The notes under the pieces: generated by a model | Seen by the model: only the letters and a program-made list of their open reading frames with translations | The model's database searches: none | Told to the model about the DNA's origin: nothing | Shown here: positions 27,446 through 36,371 of the stretch, one piece after another | Layout: each line of letters starts with the position of its first letter | Numbering within the stretch: position 1 is the stretch's first letter | NCBI RefSeq assembly: GCF_040222815.1 | Contig: NZ_JAVKCH010000036.1 | Coordinates: 180,583-244,582, forward strand | Direction of reading: 5' to 3' | Source: Imperialibacter sp. | Lineage (GTDB): Bacteria > Bacteroidota > Bacteroidia > Cytophagales > Cyclobacteriaceae | DNA length: 64,000 nt | Program-made: the position numbers and the translations under genes

Positions 27446-27618
27446 ATGTGGGCTTCGGTGGATGTCATAGGGCAGTTGGCTTGGATTGCCCGCCACAATT
27501 TATAATTTTAACATCGCCTAACCTTCGCTAAAGCTACGGCTAGCAAAGCGTGGCTAAGTGCCAGTGGAAGCGGAGCTGCATAAAACTCCCACACTCACTT
27601 TAGGCAGGCGATATCAGC
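27422..27618 (+). repeat. attC-like site C (carries a 30-bp insert; R' core mutated)
   Basis: R'' GCTGGTAAC; TAAAGTGAATGTGGG pairs with CCCACACTCACTTTA; R' GATATCAGC; aligns with site B apart from the insert containing CCTTCGCTAAAGCTACGG. Confidence 0.8.
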
Positions 27619-27633
27619 AAAGTAACTTGACGA

Positions 27634-28260
27634 ATGGCAGTTGATGAAACAAGGCAATCATTTGAGGACAAGTGCCGGACTTACCAAAAGTGGTTGATGC
27701 AAATTAACTCCAGACGATTTGCAAAGCCCGTAACGATAGTTTGGATAACCGACCTCAGTGACAATGACACCGACAAACTTATACTAAACAACTTCAAAAA
27801 AGTTGTTGCAGCTTTTGACTCTAGACAATTACTCACGTACTTAAACAGGCACAAGCACTTATTGCCAGACCCGATAAACACCATAACTTGGGTGACTTAG
27901 GTTGAGAGTCTGGACGATCTTTCTGCAATAAGCTATGACATCTGTTCCATTGAGGCCTCGCTGGACGTTAATGGCTTCACTAAAGCTTCAATTACCGAAT
28001 CAATCAACTTCATTAACCTGTTTAACGACCTCGCTATTCAGCTAGCAGATGATGAGTTGCTGGCATTGTCTAGCAAGCAGGAGGTAAGAGACCTTTGGGA
28101 GTTTGGATACAACGAGATATTCTGGAAGGAATTTGGCAAAAACGAAGAATTGGCCTCGGTAAGAATTCCACAGCTTTCGATTGACCACGAGGCTCTGTCT
28201 TCAGCTTTAAATCAAATGATAGATGCATTTACCGATCGACTGGAAGTTCTGGATGGCTAA
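27634..28260 (+). pseudogene. Cassette ORF interrupted by a single in-frame TAG
   Basis: ORFs 27634-27900 and 28057-28260 share a frame; I translated 27901-28056 and found no further stop (VESLDDLSAISYDIC...). Confidence 0.75.
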
Positions 28261-28267
28261 GTAAAAA

Positions 28268-28283
28268 GCTGATAACACAAGGC
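28268..28283 (+). repeat. R'' arm of a degenerate attC-like site D
   Basis: GCTGATAAC-ACAAG 7 nt after the stop codon; near-complement of GATATCAGC at the start of the same cassette. Confidence 0.6.
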
Positions 28284-28560
28284 TTCCATGAATAATCGTT
28301 TTGAGCAGCGGCCTGGTTGAAGGTAGCAACTGTTTCCGAAACGTCAAAGATCAATAGGCTGCCCGCCCGGGATGAAAGCAAATCACAAATAGGCGAGCAA
28401 GGGAATGAAAGTTATGGGTGTTGTTTATCTATGATACTATCGGCCTGTAGCTTTATCGCTGTTTCAAAGCGAATCAACCAGCTCCATTTATCTCTCAAAA
28501 CCCCAAAAAATCAAACAACTCCTTTGAGTCATTCGTCAGCAGCACCTTTTGTTTGTCCAC

Positions 28561-28748
28561 TCGCCCAACCTCCACTATACCTATCGCCCAATAGCGGCTG
28601 GGGGTGCAGGGCGACTTCGGCTCCCCGGTTGGGCAAGGGCGGCGGCGGTGTTGCCCAATGTCGGCGGCGGTGTTGCCCAACCCAGGTAGACGAGGTTGCG
28701 CAATACCTGTAGCCGATGTTGCGCAATGCAGGAGTAAGGATTGCCCAA
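28561..28748. repeat. Phased array of TTG(C/G)(C/G)CAA-like octamers
   Basis: Octamers at 28561, 28584, 28607, 28629, 28651, 28673, 28696, 28719 and 28741 (22-23-bp spacing). Confidence 0.75.
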
Positions 28749-28905
28749 ACGACTCATGAACGTTGTTTATAACTGTCAAAAGGGTGTCTGATGGCCACCC
28801 ACGCATTCTTTAGCGCAACTGTACCAACGCCTTACTGCTGCTGGATCCCCCAGATTCACTACCCAGGTCTTAACGGCACCCGGTTCGGTTCAGTGCCATC
28901 ATCAT

Positions 28906-28942
28906 GGGGATCCCTCGCTCGTACCTCGCAATCGGGATGACG
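28906..28942. repeat. Single REP-like unit
   Basis: GGGGATCCCTCG...CGGGATGACG resembles the right unit of the 21753-21954 doublet. Confidence 0.5.
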
Positions 28943-29029
28943 TGCCCTTGGGTAGTGTAGCTGTTGCCTGCACTGTTCCCAATGCCACTGAAGCCTGTAA
29001 CTTTGCCGCTCGATAGGTTTGGGTAAAAC

Positions 29030-29059
29030 AAAACCGCCACCCATGGGGCGGCGGTTTTT
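29030..29059 (-). terminator. Intrinsic (bidirectional-type) terminator after the adhesin gene
   Basis: AAAACCGCC-acccatgggg-CGGCGGTTTTT. Confidence 0.75.
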
Positions 29060-29062
29060 ACT

Positions 29063-32000
29063 TTACTTGATCACAAGCTTATGCACGGCTGCCCCGTGGC
29101 TGGTGACCAGCCTGAGAATGTAGACTCCGGCTGGCTGACTGCTGATATCGACAGTCAGCTGTGCCGTAGTCATCGAATGCTGCCACACGGCTGAGCCGTT
29201 GTTGTTGTGGATGATAATTTCTTTTACATCTGCCAGCGAACCATCCCACGCTATGGTGAACTGTCCCTGCGACGGGTTAGGGTAAGTTTTGATCATCGAG
29301 CGGAGCACTTCGGCTGAAACGCCCGTGGTAGCGGTGGGCATGGCAATGATCACAATGCCTTCGTCTGTTACCTCAGAGGCTACCTCAAAGCTTAGCTGCC
29401 CGGTGCTGATGGTTATTTCAGGCGATTCCAGGCTTACATTCCCCTCGTAGTCGATCAGAAGTTTGTAAGCACCGAGTGGCAGGTTGCTGAACCCAAAACT
29501 TCCGTCGCTGGTGGTTACGGTGCTGGCGATCAGCTCACCCCCGGGGCTGCTTACAAGCAAGATTGTGACCCCGGAAAGGGGAGTGCCCTCCATGGTTCTT
29601 CCGTCTGTCACCAGATGGCGGCTTCCATCGTCCGAAAGCAACAGCTTTCCTGCAATAGAGCCGGGCCCGCCTGGCACCGACGGCTTTTCGATCATGTCAA
29701 CAACTATGCCTTCAATGCTTTCAGTAGACAGTGTAATTAGCGTGGCGTTGGCAAGGGTCGTGGCTTTTTCAAAATAAGTAGTAAGCACGGCAGTGGAAGC
29801 AGATGCAACGCTCAAAGCATACTGGCCCGCTGGCACATCGTCAAAAGTAAATGCTCCATTGGCGGACAGCGCAGATATTATTGGTGTGCCAAAGGTGCCA
29901 TTACTGTTTTTCGGGTGAAGCTTTGCTTCGCCCTGGGTGAAGGCGGAGTTGCCCAGAGAAGCCACACCGGTGACGCTCAACGCTTTTACAACCGGTGCCG
30001 TCACTTCAAACGCTTCCGTGGCCTCAGCGGCGAGGTAGTTGTCGTTGCCAACCTGGTTGGCGGTAACGGTGACAGTGCCCTCAACCCCAGTTAGAGTAAG
30101 CGTAGTGCCGGTAAGGCTGGCAGGTCCTGTTACGCTGTAGCTCAACTCGAGCCCACTGTCTGTAGTGGCATTTACCGCTATCGGGCCATCGGTCGTTAGC
30201 TTGTCTCCAATGCTTTCAACGACAATGGTCTGGGCTTTTTTGGCTATGGCAAAGCTTCTTTCGACAGCAACCGCAGCCTGGAACGTTTCGTCACCTGACT
30301 GAGAGGCCCTGATGGTGGCGGTTCCTGCGCCGGTGATTGTCACAGTGTTTCCACTGAGTGTCGCCGGGCCGCTTACCACCTCAAAGCTGACGGCAAGTTC
30401 GGATGTGGCAGTTGCTTCCAGGGCGAAGGCCTGATCACCAAAGGTTTTGTCTGCTATGGCTGCAAAAGTGATGGTTTGCTCTTGTTTTTCGTCTACCTCT
30501 GGTGCGGTCACTTCAAAAGTTGTAGCAGCTTCAGCAGCGAGATAGTTCTCGTTGCCCCCCTGGCTGACTGTAATAGTCACAGTACCCTCTTCGCCTGTCA
30601 GTGTCACAGTTGCACCCGACAGCGTGGCCGGGCCATCGATGCTGTATGATAATGCCAGGTCACTATCAACAGAGACGACCAGGTCAAAAGCCGCATCAGT
30701 AGTCAGTTTGTCTTCAATATCAGCAATGGTAATTACCTGTACCTTTTTGGCAATAGTGAAAGTTCTTTCGACAGGAGAGGCCGCATTGAAATTCTCGTTA
30801 CCTGCCTGGGTAGCTTTGATAGTGGCTGTTCCGGCACCGGTAATGGTTGCCTCGCTGCCGTTTAGTGTAACAGGTCCGCTCACTACTTCCAGACTTACTA
30901 CCAGCGAAGAAGAGGCCGTTGGTGACAAAGTGAAGGCAGCGTCGCCAAAAGACTTATCGGCGATGGCATCAAAAGTGATGGTTTGGCTGCCTTTGCTTAC
31001 TGTCAGTGTCTGCCGCACCGATGGCGCTGGGTTAAATGCTGCATTGCCTGCCTGTGAGGCTGTGATGGTTGTACTGCCTACGCCTGTGATTGTTATCAGG
31101 CTTCCATTGATGGTGGCCACTGACAGGTTAGAACTGGTGTAGCTGACAGGTAAACCTGAGCTGGCGGTTGCCCCGGGAGAAAAGCTGGTGGCTCCGAAGG
31201 CTTTCGCCGGTAATTCAGCAAACGTAATGGTTTGGTTGGCCTTGTCCGGATCCGACACGAAAAATGAAGCGGAGGACGAAGCACTGTTGTAGTTGGTGTT
31301 ACCTGCCTGGCTCACAGCCACCTCCACCGTGCCGCTGGCTCCGGTTAGGGTGATCGTGTTGCCGCTGATGGTGGCCGGGCCGCTTGCAATAGCATAGGTA
31401 AGGCTTAAGCCACTGGTTGTGCTGGCCGACACAGCAAACGGTGCGGCGGACACAAGTTTGTCGGCGATAGGAGAGACGGTAATCGTTTGACTGGCCTTAT
31501 CAACCGTGAGTGTTTGTGGCACGTTGGTGGCGGCATTGTAATTCACATTGCCCGCCTGTGAAGCTGTGATAGTGGTGCTTCCGGCTCCAATGATCGTTAC
31601 CGTGTTGCCCCTCACTGTGGCCACTGCTGTGTTGGAGCTGGCGTAGCTCACCGTCAGACCTGAGCTGGCCGTTGCTCCCAGTGTGAAGTTGGCATCGCCA
31701 AATGTTTTGGCTGGCAAAGCCGCAAAAGTGATGGTTTGGCTGGCTTTGTTCACCGTCAGTGTTTGCGGCACGTTGGTGGCGGCATTGTAATTCGCATTGC
31801 CCGCCTGCGAAGCTGTGATGGTGGTGCTTCCGGCTCCGACAATCGTTACTGTGTTTCCACTTACTGTCGCTACCGCTGTGTTGGAGCTGGCATAGGCAAC
31901 GGTCAGGCCTGAGCTGGATGTTGCTCCCAGTGTGAAGTTAGCGTCACCAAAGGTTTTAGCTGGCAACGCCGCAAACGTGATGGTTTGGCCGGCTTTGTTC

Positions 32001-35000
32001 ACCGTGAGTGTTTGCGGCACGTTGGTGGCGGCATTGTAATTCGCATTGCCCGCCTGTGAAGCTGTGATGGTGGTGCTTCCGGCTCCGACAATGGTTACTG
32101 TGTTTCCACTTACTGTCGCTACCGCTGTGTTGGAGCTGGCGTAGCTCACCGTCAGACCTGAGCTGGATGTTGCTCCCAGTGTGAAGTTGGCCTCCCCAAA
32201 TGTTTTCGCTGGCAAAGCCGCAAACGTGATGATTTGGCCGGCTTTGTTCACCGTGAGGGTTTGAGGTACGTTGGTGGCGGCGTTGTAGTTTGCATTGCCC
32301 GTCTGCGACGCAGTGATGGTGGTGCTTCCGGCACCGACAATCGTTACCGTGTTGCCACTTACTGTGGCTACCGAAGTATTGGAGCTGGCGTAGCTCACAG
32401 ACAGACCTGAGCTGGATGTTGCTCCCAGTGTGAAGTTGGCATCCCCAAATGTTTTGGCTGGCAGGGCTCCGAAGGTGATGGTTTGGCTGGCTTTGTTCAC
32501 CGTGAGTGTTTGCGGCATGTTGGTGGCGGCATTGTAATTCGCATTGCCCGTCTGCGACGCTGTGATGGTGGTGCTTCCGGCACCGACAATCGTTACTGTA
32601 TTTCCACTTACTGTCGCTACCGCTGTGTTGGAGCTGGTGTAGGCAACGGTCAGTCCTGAGCTGGCCGTTGCTGACAATGTGAAATTAGCGTCTCCGATGG
32701 TTTTGGCTGGCAGGGCTCCGAAGGTGATGGTTTGGCCGACCTTGTTAACCGTGAGGGTTTGCGGTACATTGGCGGCGGCATTGTAGCTTGCATTGCCCGC
32801 CTGTGAAGCTGTGATGGTGGTGGTGCCCACACCCAAAATCGTCACTGTGTTGCCGCTCACTGTAGCCACCGCCGGATTGGAGCTGGCATAGGCAACGGTC
32901 AGGCCTGAGCTGGCAGTAGCAGAGAGGGCAAAGGGTGCTTCACCAAATGCTTTTTCAGGGAGTGCGCCGAAAGTGATTGTCTGATTTAGTTTTCCTGTTG
33001 TGAACCGCCACGAGGTATTGTCCTCGATTCCGGGCCATATCTTTTGAGAATTTGCTGCACTCCTCAGGTAACCGCTGGTGACGTTAACATATACCTCCGT
33101 ATTGGCCGGTAAATCATTGGGCATGTTAAAAGTGACAGTGGCACCATTGATCGTCATCTCACTGCCATTATAGTTGGTCAGGCTGGTGATCAACATTCCA
33201 TTGCTTGCATGATGTACACTGATTGTTCCAGTAGCGATGGTGATATTTTCTTCGAAAGTGATGCTGAGATCGCTTGAAACTGCTACGTTGGTATTGCCAT
33301 TGGCTGGAGCGTAACTCAAGGCTGATACTTCAAGTGCCTGAGTGGTAAACGTCCAGTTGGGATTACCATTTAGTCCGGCAAATGTATTGCCTGCTGCGTC
33401 CTTCACTACACCCACGCCCAGGTCGACATAGTATTCAGTGCTGGCGTTCAGATTGAAGGATGGCGTAATGGTGAGCGTGTTGTTGGCGATGGTCGCACCG
33501 CCGTTTACACTGTAGCTGGAGTGAATAGATCCTCCGATGTCCCTGATCGTAATCACACCAGTGTTGGCCACAATGTTTTCGCTGAAGGTTACCACCAGGT
33601 CGCCATTTACGGCCACTCCGGTTGCGTTGTCGGCTGGAGATAAGCTGCTGATCGTAGGGGCGGTAATATCGGCACCTGCAACCGTGTTGAATTGCCACAT
33701 ACCATTAGAAACGATGCCGGCGAAGGGGTTTCCTACTACATCAGTAATCGCATCACTTGCTATGAAAACATAATAAGCAGCCGAGTTGAGGAAGTTATTG
33801 GCGGGGTTAATGGTGAGTGTGCTGCCCGACACCTGCACATTGGCCGATGGCAAGGTGTATTGCTCATGAGCGACAAGCTCAGGGTACCTCACAATCTGAA
33901 TTATTTTGGAATTCACCAATTCAATCGGTTCTGAAAAGGTAGCTACTAGGTTGGAAGCCACAGCCACATCGGTGGCGTTGTTGATTGGGTTAAAGGAGGA
34001 AATTGTTGGAGCAGTAACATCCGAGGAAGTGACTGTGAGAATGTATGACACGGGAGTAGCCTCATTGTAATTCGCATTGCCATATTGCCAGGCAGTGATT
34101 TCTGATTGCCCCACGTTTCCCACGCTTACCACGTTGCCACTAATGGTGGCCACGGCTGGGCTCGAACTTGTAAAGGTGATTGGCAGGCCCGATGTAGCCG
34201 AGGCGGAAAGTGCAAAGTCGGGATCGCCTGCTTCTTTGTTGGGAAATGGTGAAAAGGTGATGGTTTGATCCGCTTTGTCTACATATAACGGCTGCACGGC
34301 ATTGGCAGCGGCATTGTAATTCGTGTTGCCAGCCTGCGAGGCGGTAATATTGGTGGTACCGGCTCCCACGATGGTCACGGTGTTGCCGCTTATGGTGGCA
34401 ACCCCCGTATTCGAGCTTGCATAGCTTACAGAAAGGCCTGAGCTGGCGGTGGCGCTTAGTATAAAATTGCTATCGCCAAAGGTCTTCAGGGGCAATGTGC
34501 CAAAGGTAATGGTTTGGTTGCCTTTGGTTACGGTGAGGCTTTGCGGCACGTTGGAAGCGGGTGCGAAAGTGCCGTTGCCGGCCTGACTGGCCGTGATGGT
34601 GGTGGTGCCAGGGGCAATCAGCGTTACTGTGTTGCCACTTACAGTAGCCACACCAGTGTTGGAACTGGTGTAACTCACCGGAAGCCCTGAAGAGGCCGTG
34701 GCAGTAAGTGCAAATGGTGCGTCGCCCATGGCCTTGGCTGGCAGCGCATTGAAGGTGATGGTTTGACTGGTCAGTACATTTTGGTTCCACTTTAGAGCAA
34801 AAGCATCCGAGGAGGCTGCCGTTTTGTTATCCGCTCCGGCACCTGGATTGAAATCTACGGTTCCATTTGTGAAAAAACCTGTGGCATAGACATTGTTTGA
34901 CCCATCAACAAAAAGTCCACTCACCTTCTCATACCCGTTGGAGAAGGGCCCGTAGAAAGATTGCACCCATACATATTCACCGGAGGCATTTAATTTCAGT

Positions 35001-36274
35001 ATAAAACCGTCATAGCCATTAGGCCCAACCGTCAGCGTAACAGTGCCAGCTCCAGGGTCAAAGTCGTTTATGCTGGTGCCAAAAAATTCCCCGGCGATAT
35101 AAACGTTTCCTGAAGCATCGGATTTTATGGAAAAGCCCTGATCATCCACAGTCCCGCCAAAGTTTTTTGCCCACAGCAATTCAAAAGCAGCATTGAGTTT
35201 AAAAGCGTAGGCGTCAACCGATCCTGACGACACAAGATTAGTCACCCCAACTCCCGGGTCAAAGTCTTTGGTGCCGGTGAACTGCCCGGTGGCAAGGAGG
35301 TTTCCAGATGCATCGGCGTGTAGGTCGGTGATGGTTACTGGCGGAGCCTCGGCCGCCGACACGTAAGCCAGTGAAGAATTATATTTAGCAACAAAGTAAC
35401 CTCCTGTGGCGCCCAGGTTAGCTGTACCCGCATCAGGGTTGAAGTCTACTGGGTCAGTTCCACCATTTCCGAGGAAATATTGCCCAGCTATAATGATATT
35501 TGAGGAGGCATCTGTTTCAAATACCCTTGAAACGACAGAACTAAAAGTGGGCGTACCGAGTCTCTTTCCCAAAACGTAGTTGCCTGATGCGTCCAATTTT
35601 ACCAAAAAAGTATGCGTGATATTTGACAATCCTGTAGTTACACTTGCTGTACCCGCTCCCGGATCCAAATCGATGGTGTTTCGAAATGAGCCACCCGTAT
35701 AAACGTTGCCGGAGCCGTCCACAGCCAAACCTATGTGTTCACTTTCCAGGTTGGATCCCCACCGCTTGGCCCACACATAGTCACCAGCTGAGTTGAGTTT
35801 CAGCACAAAGAGATCTGTTGAATTGGCTGTCAAATTGGATGTTCCTGCTCCCGGGTCAAAATCAACGGTACTCGTAAACTTACCGGACACCAACACGTTG
35901 GAGGAGGCATCCACCCTGATGGCCAGTCCTTCATCGGTGCCCGTGCCGCCCACTTTTCGTGCCCACACAAGCGCTCCCGAAGCATTGAGTTTCGTGATGA
36001 ATATGTCATTGTTTCCCGCCGAAGTAAGCGAAACCTCGCCTGCGCCCGGATCAAAATCGGCGGTGCCGGCGAAAACGCCCGTGGTATACACGTTGCCCGA
36101 GGCGTCAACGGTAATGGCATTTGCCTGAATGGAAGAGGCTCCCGTAAAGACGCTCACCCACTCATGGTTTTGAGCCAAAACCTCCACGCAGGAAAAGGTG
36201 ATGACAGCAAGGAAAAAAATGGCGCAAAACTTGATGCGCTTGCCGAAGCTTTTGAAAATCAAGTGAACATTCAT
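29063..36274 (-). CDS. Large T9SS-secreted adhesin-like surface protein: SBBP beta-propeller, 15 Ig-like repeats of about 83 aa, 3 SbsA/Big_5 Ig domains, T9SS C-terminal domain
   Basis: Signal peptide; repeated VDASGNVYTTG..F.GT.DFDPG; QTITF...SSGL...TITASQAGN repeats; APTISS.SP.DNAT.VAV; C-terminal IKTYPNPSQG...GVYILRL...KLVIK. Confidence 0.92.
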   Translation of the reverse strand: MNVHLIFKSFGKRIKFCAIFFLAVITFSCVEVLAQNHEWVSVFTGASSIQANAITVDASGNVYTTGVFAGTADFDPGAGEVSLTSAGNNDIFITKLNASGALVWARKVGGTGTDEGLAIRVDASSNVLVSGKFTSTVDFDPGAGTSNLTANSTDLFVLKLNSAGDYVWAKRWGSNLESEHIGLAVDGSGNVYTGGSFRNTIDLDPGAGTASVTTGLSNITHTFLVKLDASGNYVLGKRLGTPTFSSVVSRVFETDASSNIIIAGQYFLGNGGTDPVDFNPDAGTANLGATGGYFVAKYNSSLAYVSAAEAPPVTITDLHADASGNLLATGQFTGTKDFDPGVGVTNLVSSGSVDAYAFKLNAAFELLWAKNFGGTVDDQGFSIKSDASGNVYIAGEFFGTSINDFDPGAGTVTLTVGPNGYDGFILKLNASGEYVWVQSFYGPFSNGYEKVSGLFVDGSNNVYATGFFTNGTVDFNPGAGADNKTAASSDAFALKWNQNVLTSQTITFNALPAKAMGDAPFALTATASSGLPVSYTSSNTGVATVSGNTVTLIAPGTTTITASQAGNGTFAPASNVPQSLTVTKGNQTITFGTLPLKTFGDSNFILSATASSGLSVSYASSNTGVATISGNTVTIVGAGTTNITASQAGNTNYNAAANAVQPLYVDKADQTITFSPFPNKEAGDPDFALSASATSGLPITFTSSSPAVATISGNVVSVGNVGQSEITAWQYGNANYNEATPVSYILTVTSSDVTAPTISSFNPINNATDVAVASNLVATFSEPIELVNSKIIQIVRYPELVAHEQYTLPSANVQVSGSTLTINPANNFLNSAAYYVFIASDAITDVVGNPFAGIVSNGMWQFNTVAGADITAPTISSLSPADNATGVAVNGDLVVTFSENIVANTGVITIRDIGGSIHSSYSVNGGATIANNTLTITPSFNLNASTEYYVDLGVGVVKDAAGNTFAGLNGNPNWTFTTQALEVSALSYAPANGNTNVAVSSDLSITFEENITIATGTISVHHASNGMLITSLTNYNGSEMTINGATVTFNMPNDLPANTEVYVNVTSGYLRSAANSQKIWPGIEDNTSWRFTTGKLNQTITFGALPEKAFGEAPFALSATASSGLTVAYASSNPAVATVSGNTVTILGVGTTTITASQAGNASYNAAANVPQTLTVNKVGQTITFGALPAKTIGDANFTLSATASSGLTVAYTSSNTAVATVSGNTVTIVGAGSTTITASQTGNANYNAATNMPQTLTVNKASQTITFGALPAKTFGDANFTLGATSSSGLSVSYASSNTSVATVSGNTVTIVGAGSTTITASQTGNANYNAATNVPQTLTVNKAGQIITFAALPAKTFGEANFTLGATSSSGLTVSYASSNTAVATVSGNTVTIVGAGSTTITASQAGNANYNAATNVPQTLTVNKAGQTITFAALPAKTFGDANFTLGATSSSGLTVAYASSNTAVATVSGNTVTIVGAGSTTITASQAGNANYNAATNVPQTLTVNKASQTITFAALPAKTFGDANFTLGATASSGLTVSYASSNTAVATVRGNTVTIIGAGSTTITASQAGNVNYNAATNVPQTLTVDKASQTITVSPIADKLVSAAPFAVSASTTSGLSLTYAIASGPATISGNTITLTGASGTVEVAVSQAGNTNYNSASSSASFFVSDPDKANQTITFAELPAKAFGATSFSPGATASSGLPVSYTSSNLSVATINGSLITITGVGSTTITASQAGNAAFNPAPSVRQTLTVSKGSQTITFDAIADKSFGDAAFTLSPTASSSLVVSLEVVSGPVTLNGSEATITGAGTATIKATQAGNENFNAASPVERTFTIAKKVQVITIADIEDKLTTDAAFDLVVSVDSDLALSYSIDGPATLSGATVTLTGEEGTVTITVSQGGNENYLAAEAATTFEVTAPEVDEKQEQTITFAAIADKTFGDQAFALEATATSELAVSFEVVSGPATLSGNTVTITGAGTATIRASQSGDETFQAAVAVERSFAIAKKAQTIVVESIGDKLTTDGPIAVNATTDSGLELSYSVTGPASLTGTTLTLTGVEGTVTVTANQVGNDNYLAAEATEAFEVTAPVVKALSVTGVASLGNSAFTQGEAKLHPKNSNGTFGTPIISALSANGAFTFDDVPAGQYALSVASASTAVLTTYFEKATTLANATLITLSTESIEGIVVDMIEKPSVPGGPGSIAGKLLLSDDGSRHLVTDGRTMEGTPLSGVTILLVSSPGGELIASTVTTSDGSFGFSNLPLGAYKLLIDYEGNVSLESPEITISTGQLSFEVASEVTDEGIVIIAMPTATTGVSAEVLRSMIKTYPNPSQGQFTIAWDGSLADVKEIIIHNNNGSAVWQHSMTTAQLTVDISSQPAGVYILRLVTSHGAAVHKLVIK
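31496..32989 (-). repeat. Six near-identical 249-bp intragenic tandem repeats
   Basis: CTTTGTTCACCGT recurs at 31744, 31993, 32242 and 32491. Confidence 0.9.
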
Positions 36275-36371
36275 GACTTAAGGTTTATTGGTTTTACCCA
36301 CCAAAAGTCATTTTTTGTCTGTCCAATTGATATGAGGCAAATCCCTCAAAACCCAGGAGAAAAACCCCTAC

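Noticed and set aside
24931-27618. attC-like repeats read as CRISPR repeats, terminators or IS ends
   Set aside because: They are 164-197 bp, divergent, separated by whole genes, and lack U-tracts, a transposase or target duplications; R''/R' pairing explains them better.
28495-28806. ORFs across the phased octamer array (28317-28712 +, 28495-28806 -, 28529-28726 -)
   Set aside because: The 22-23-bp period gives no peptide repeat and no family motifs are present; probably chance ORFs.
23400-29060. Integron integrase or other recombinase beside the cassette array
   Set aside because: No ORF with tyrosine-recombinase (R...HxxR...Y) or serine-recombinase motifs on either strand.
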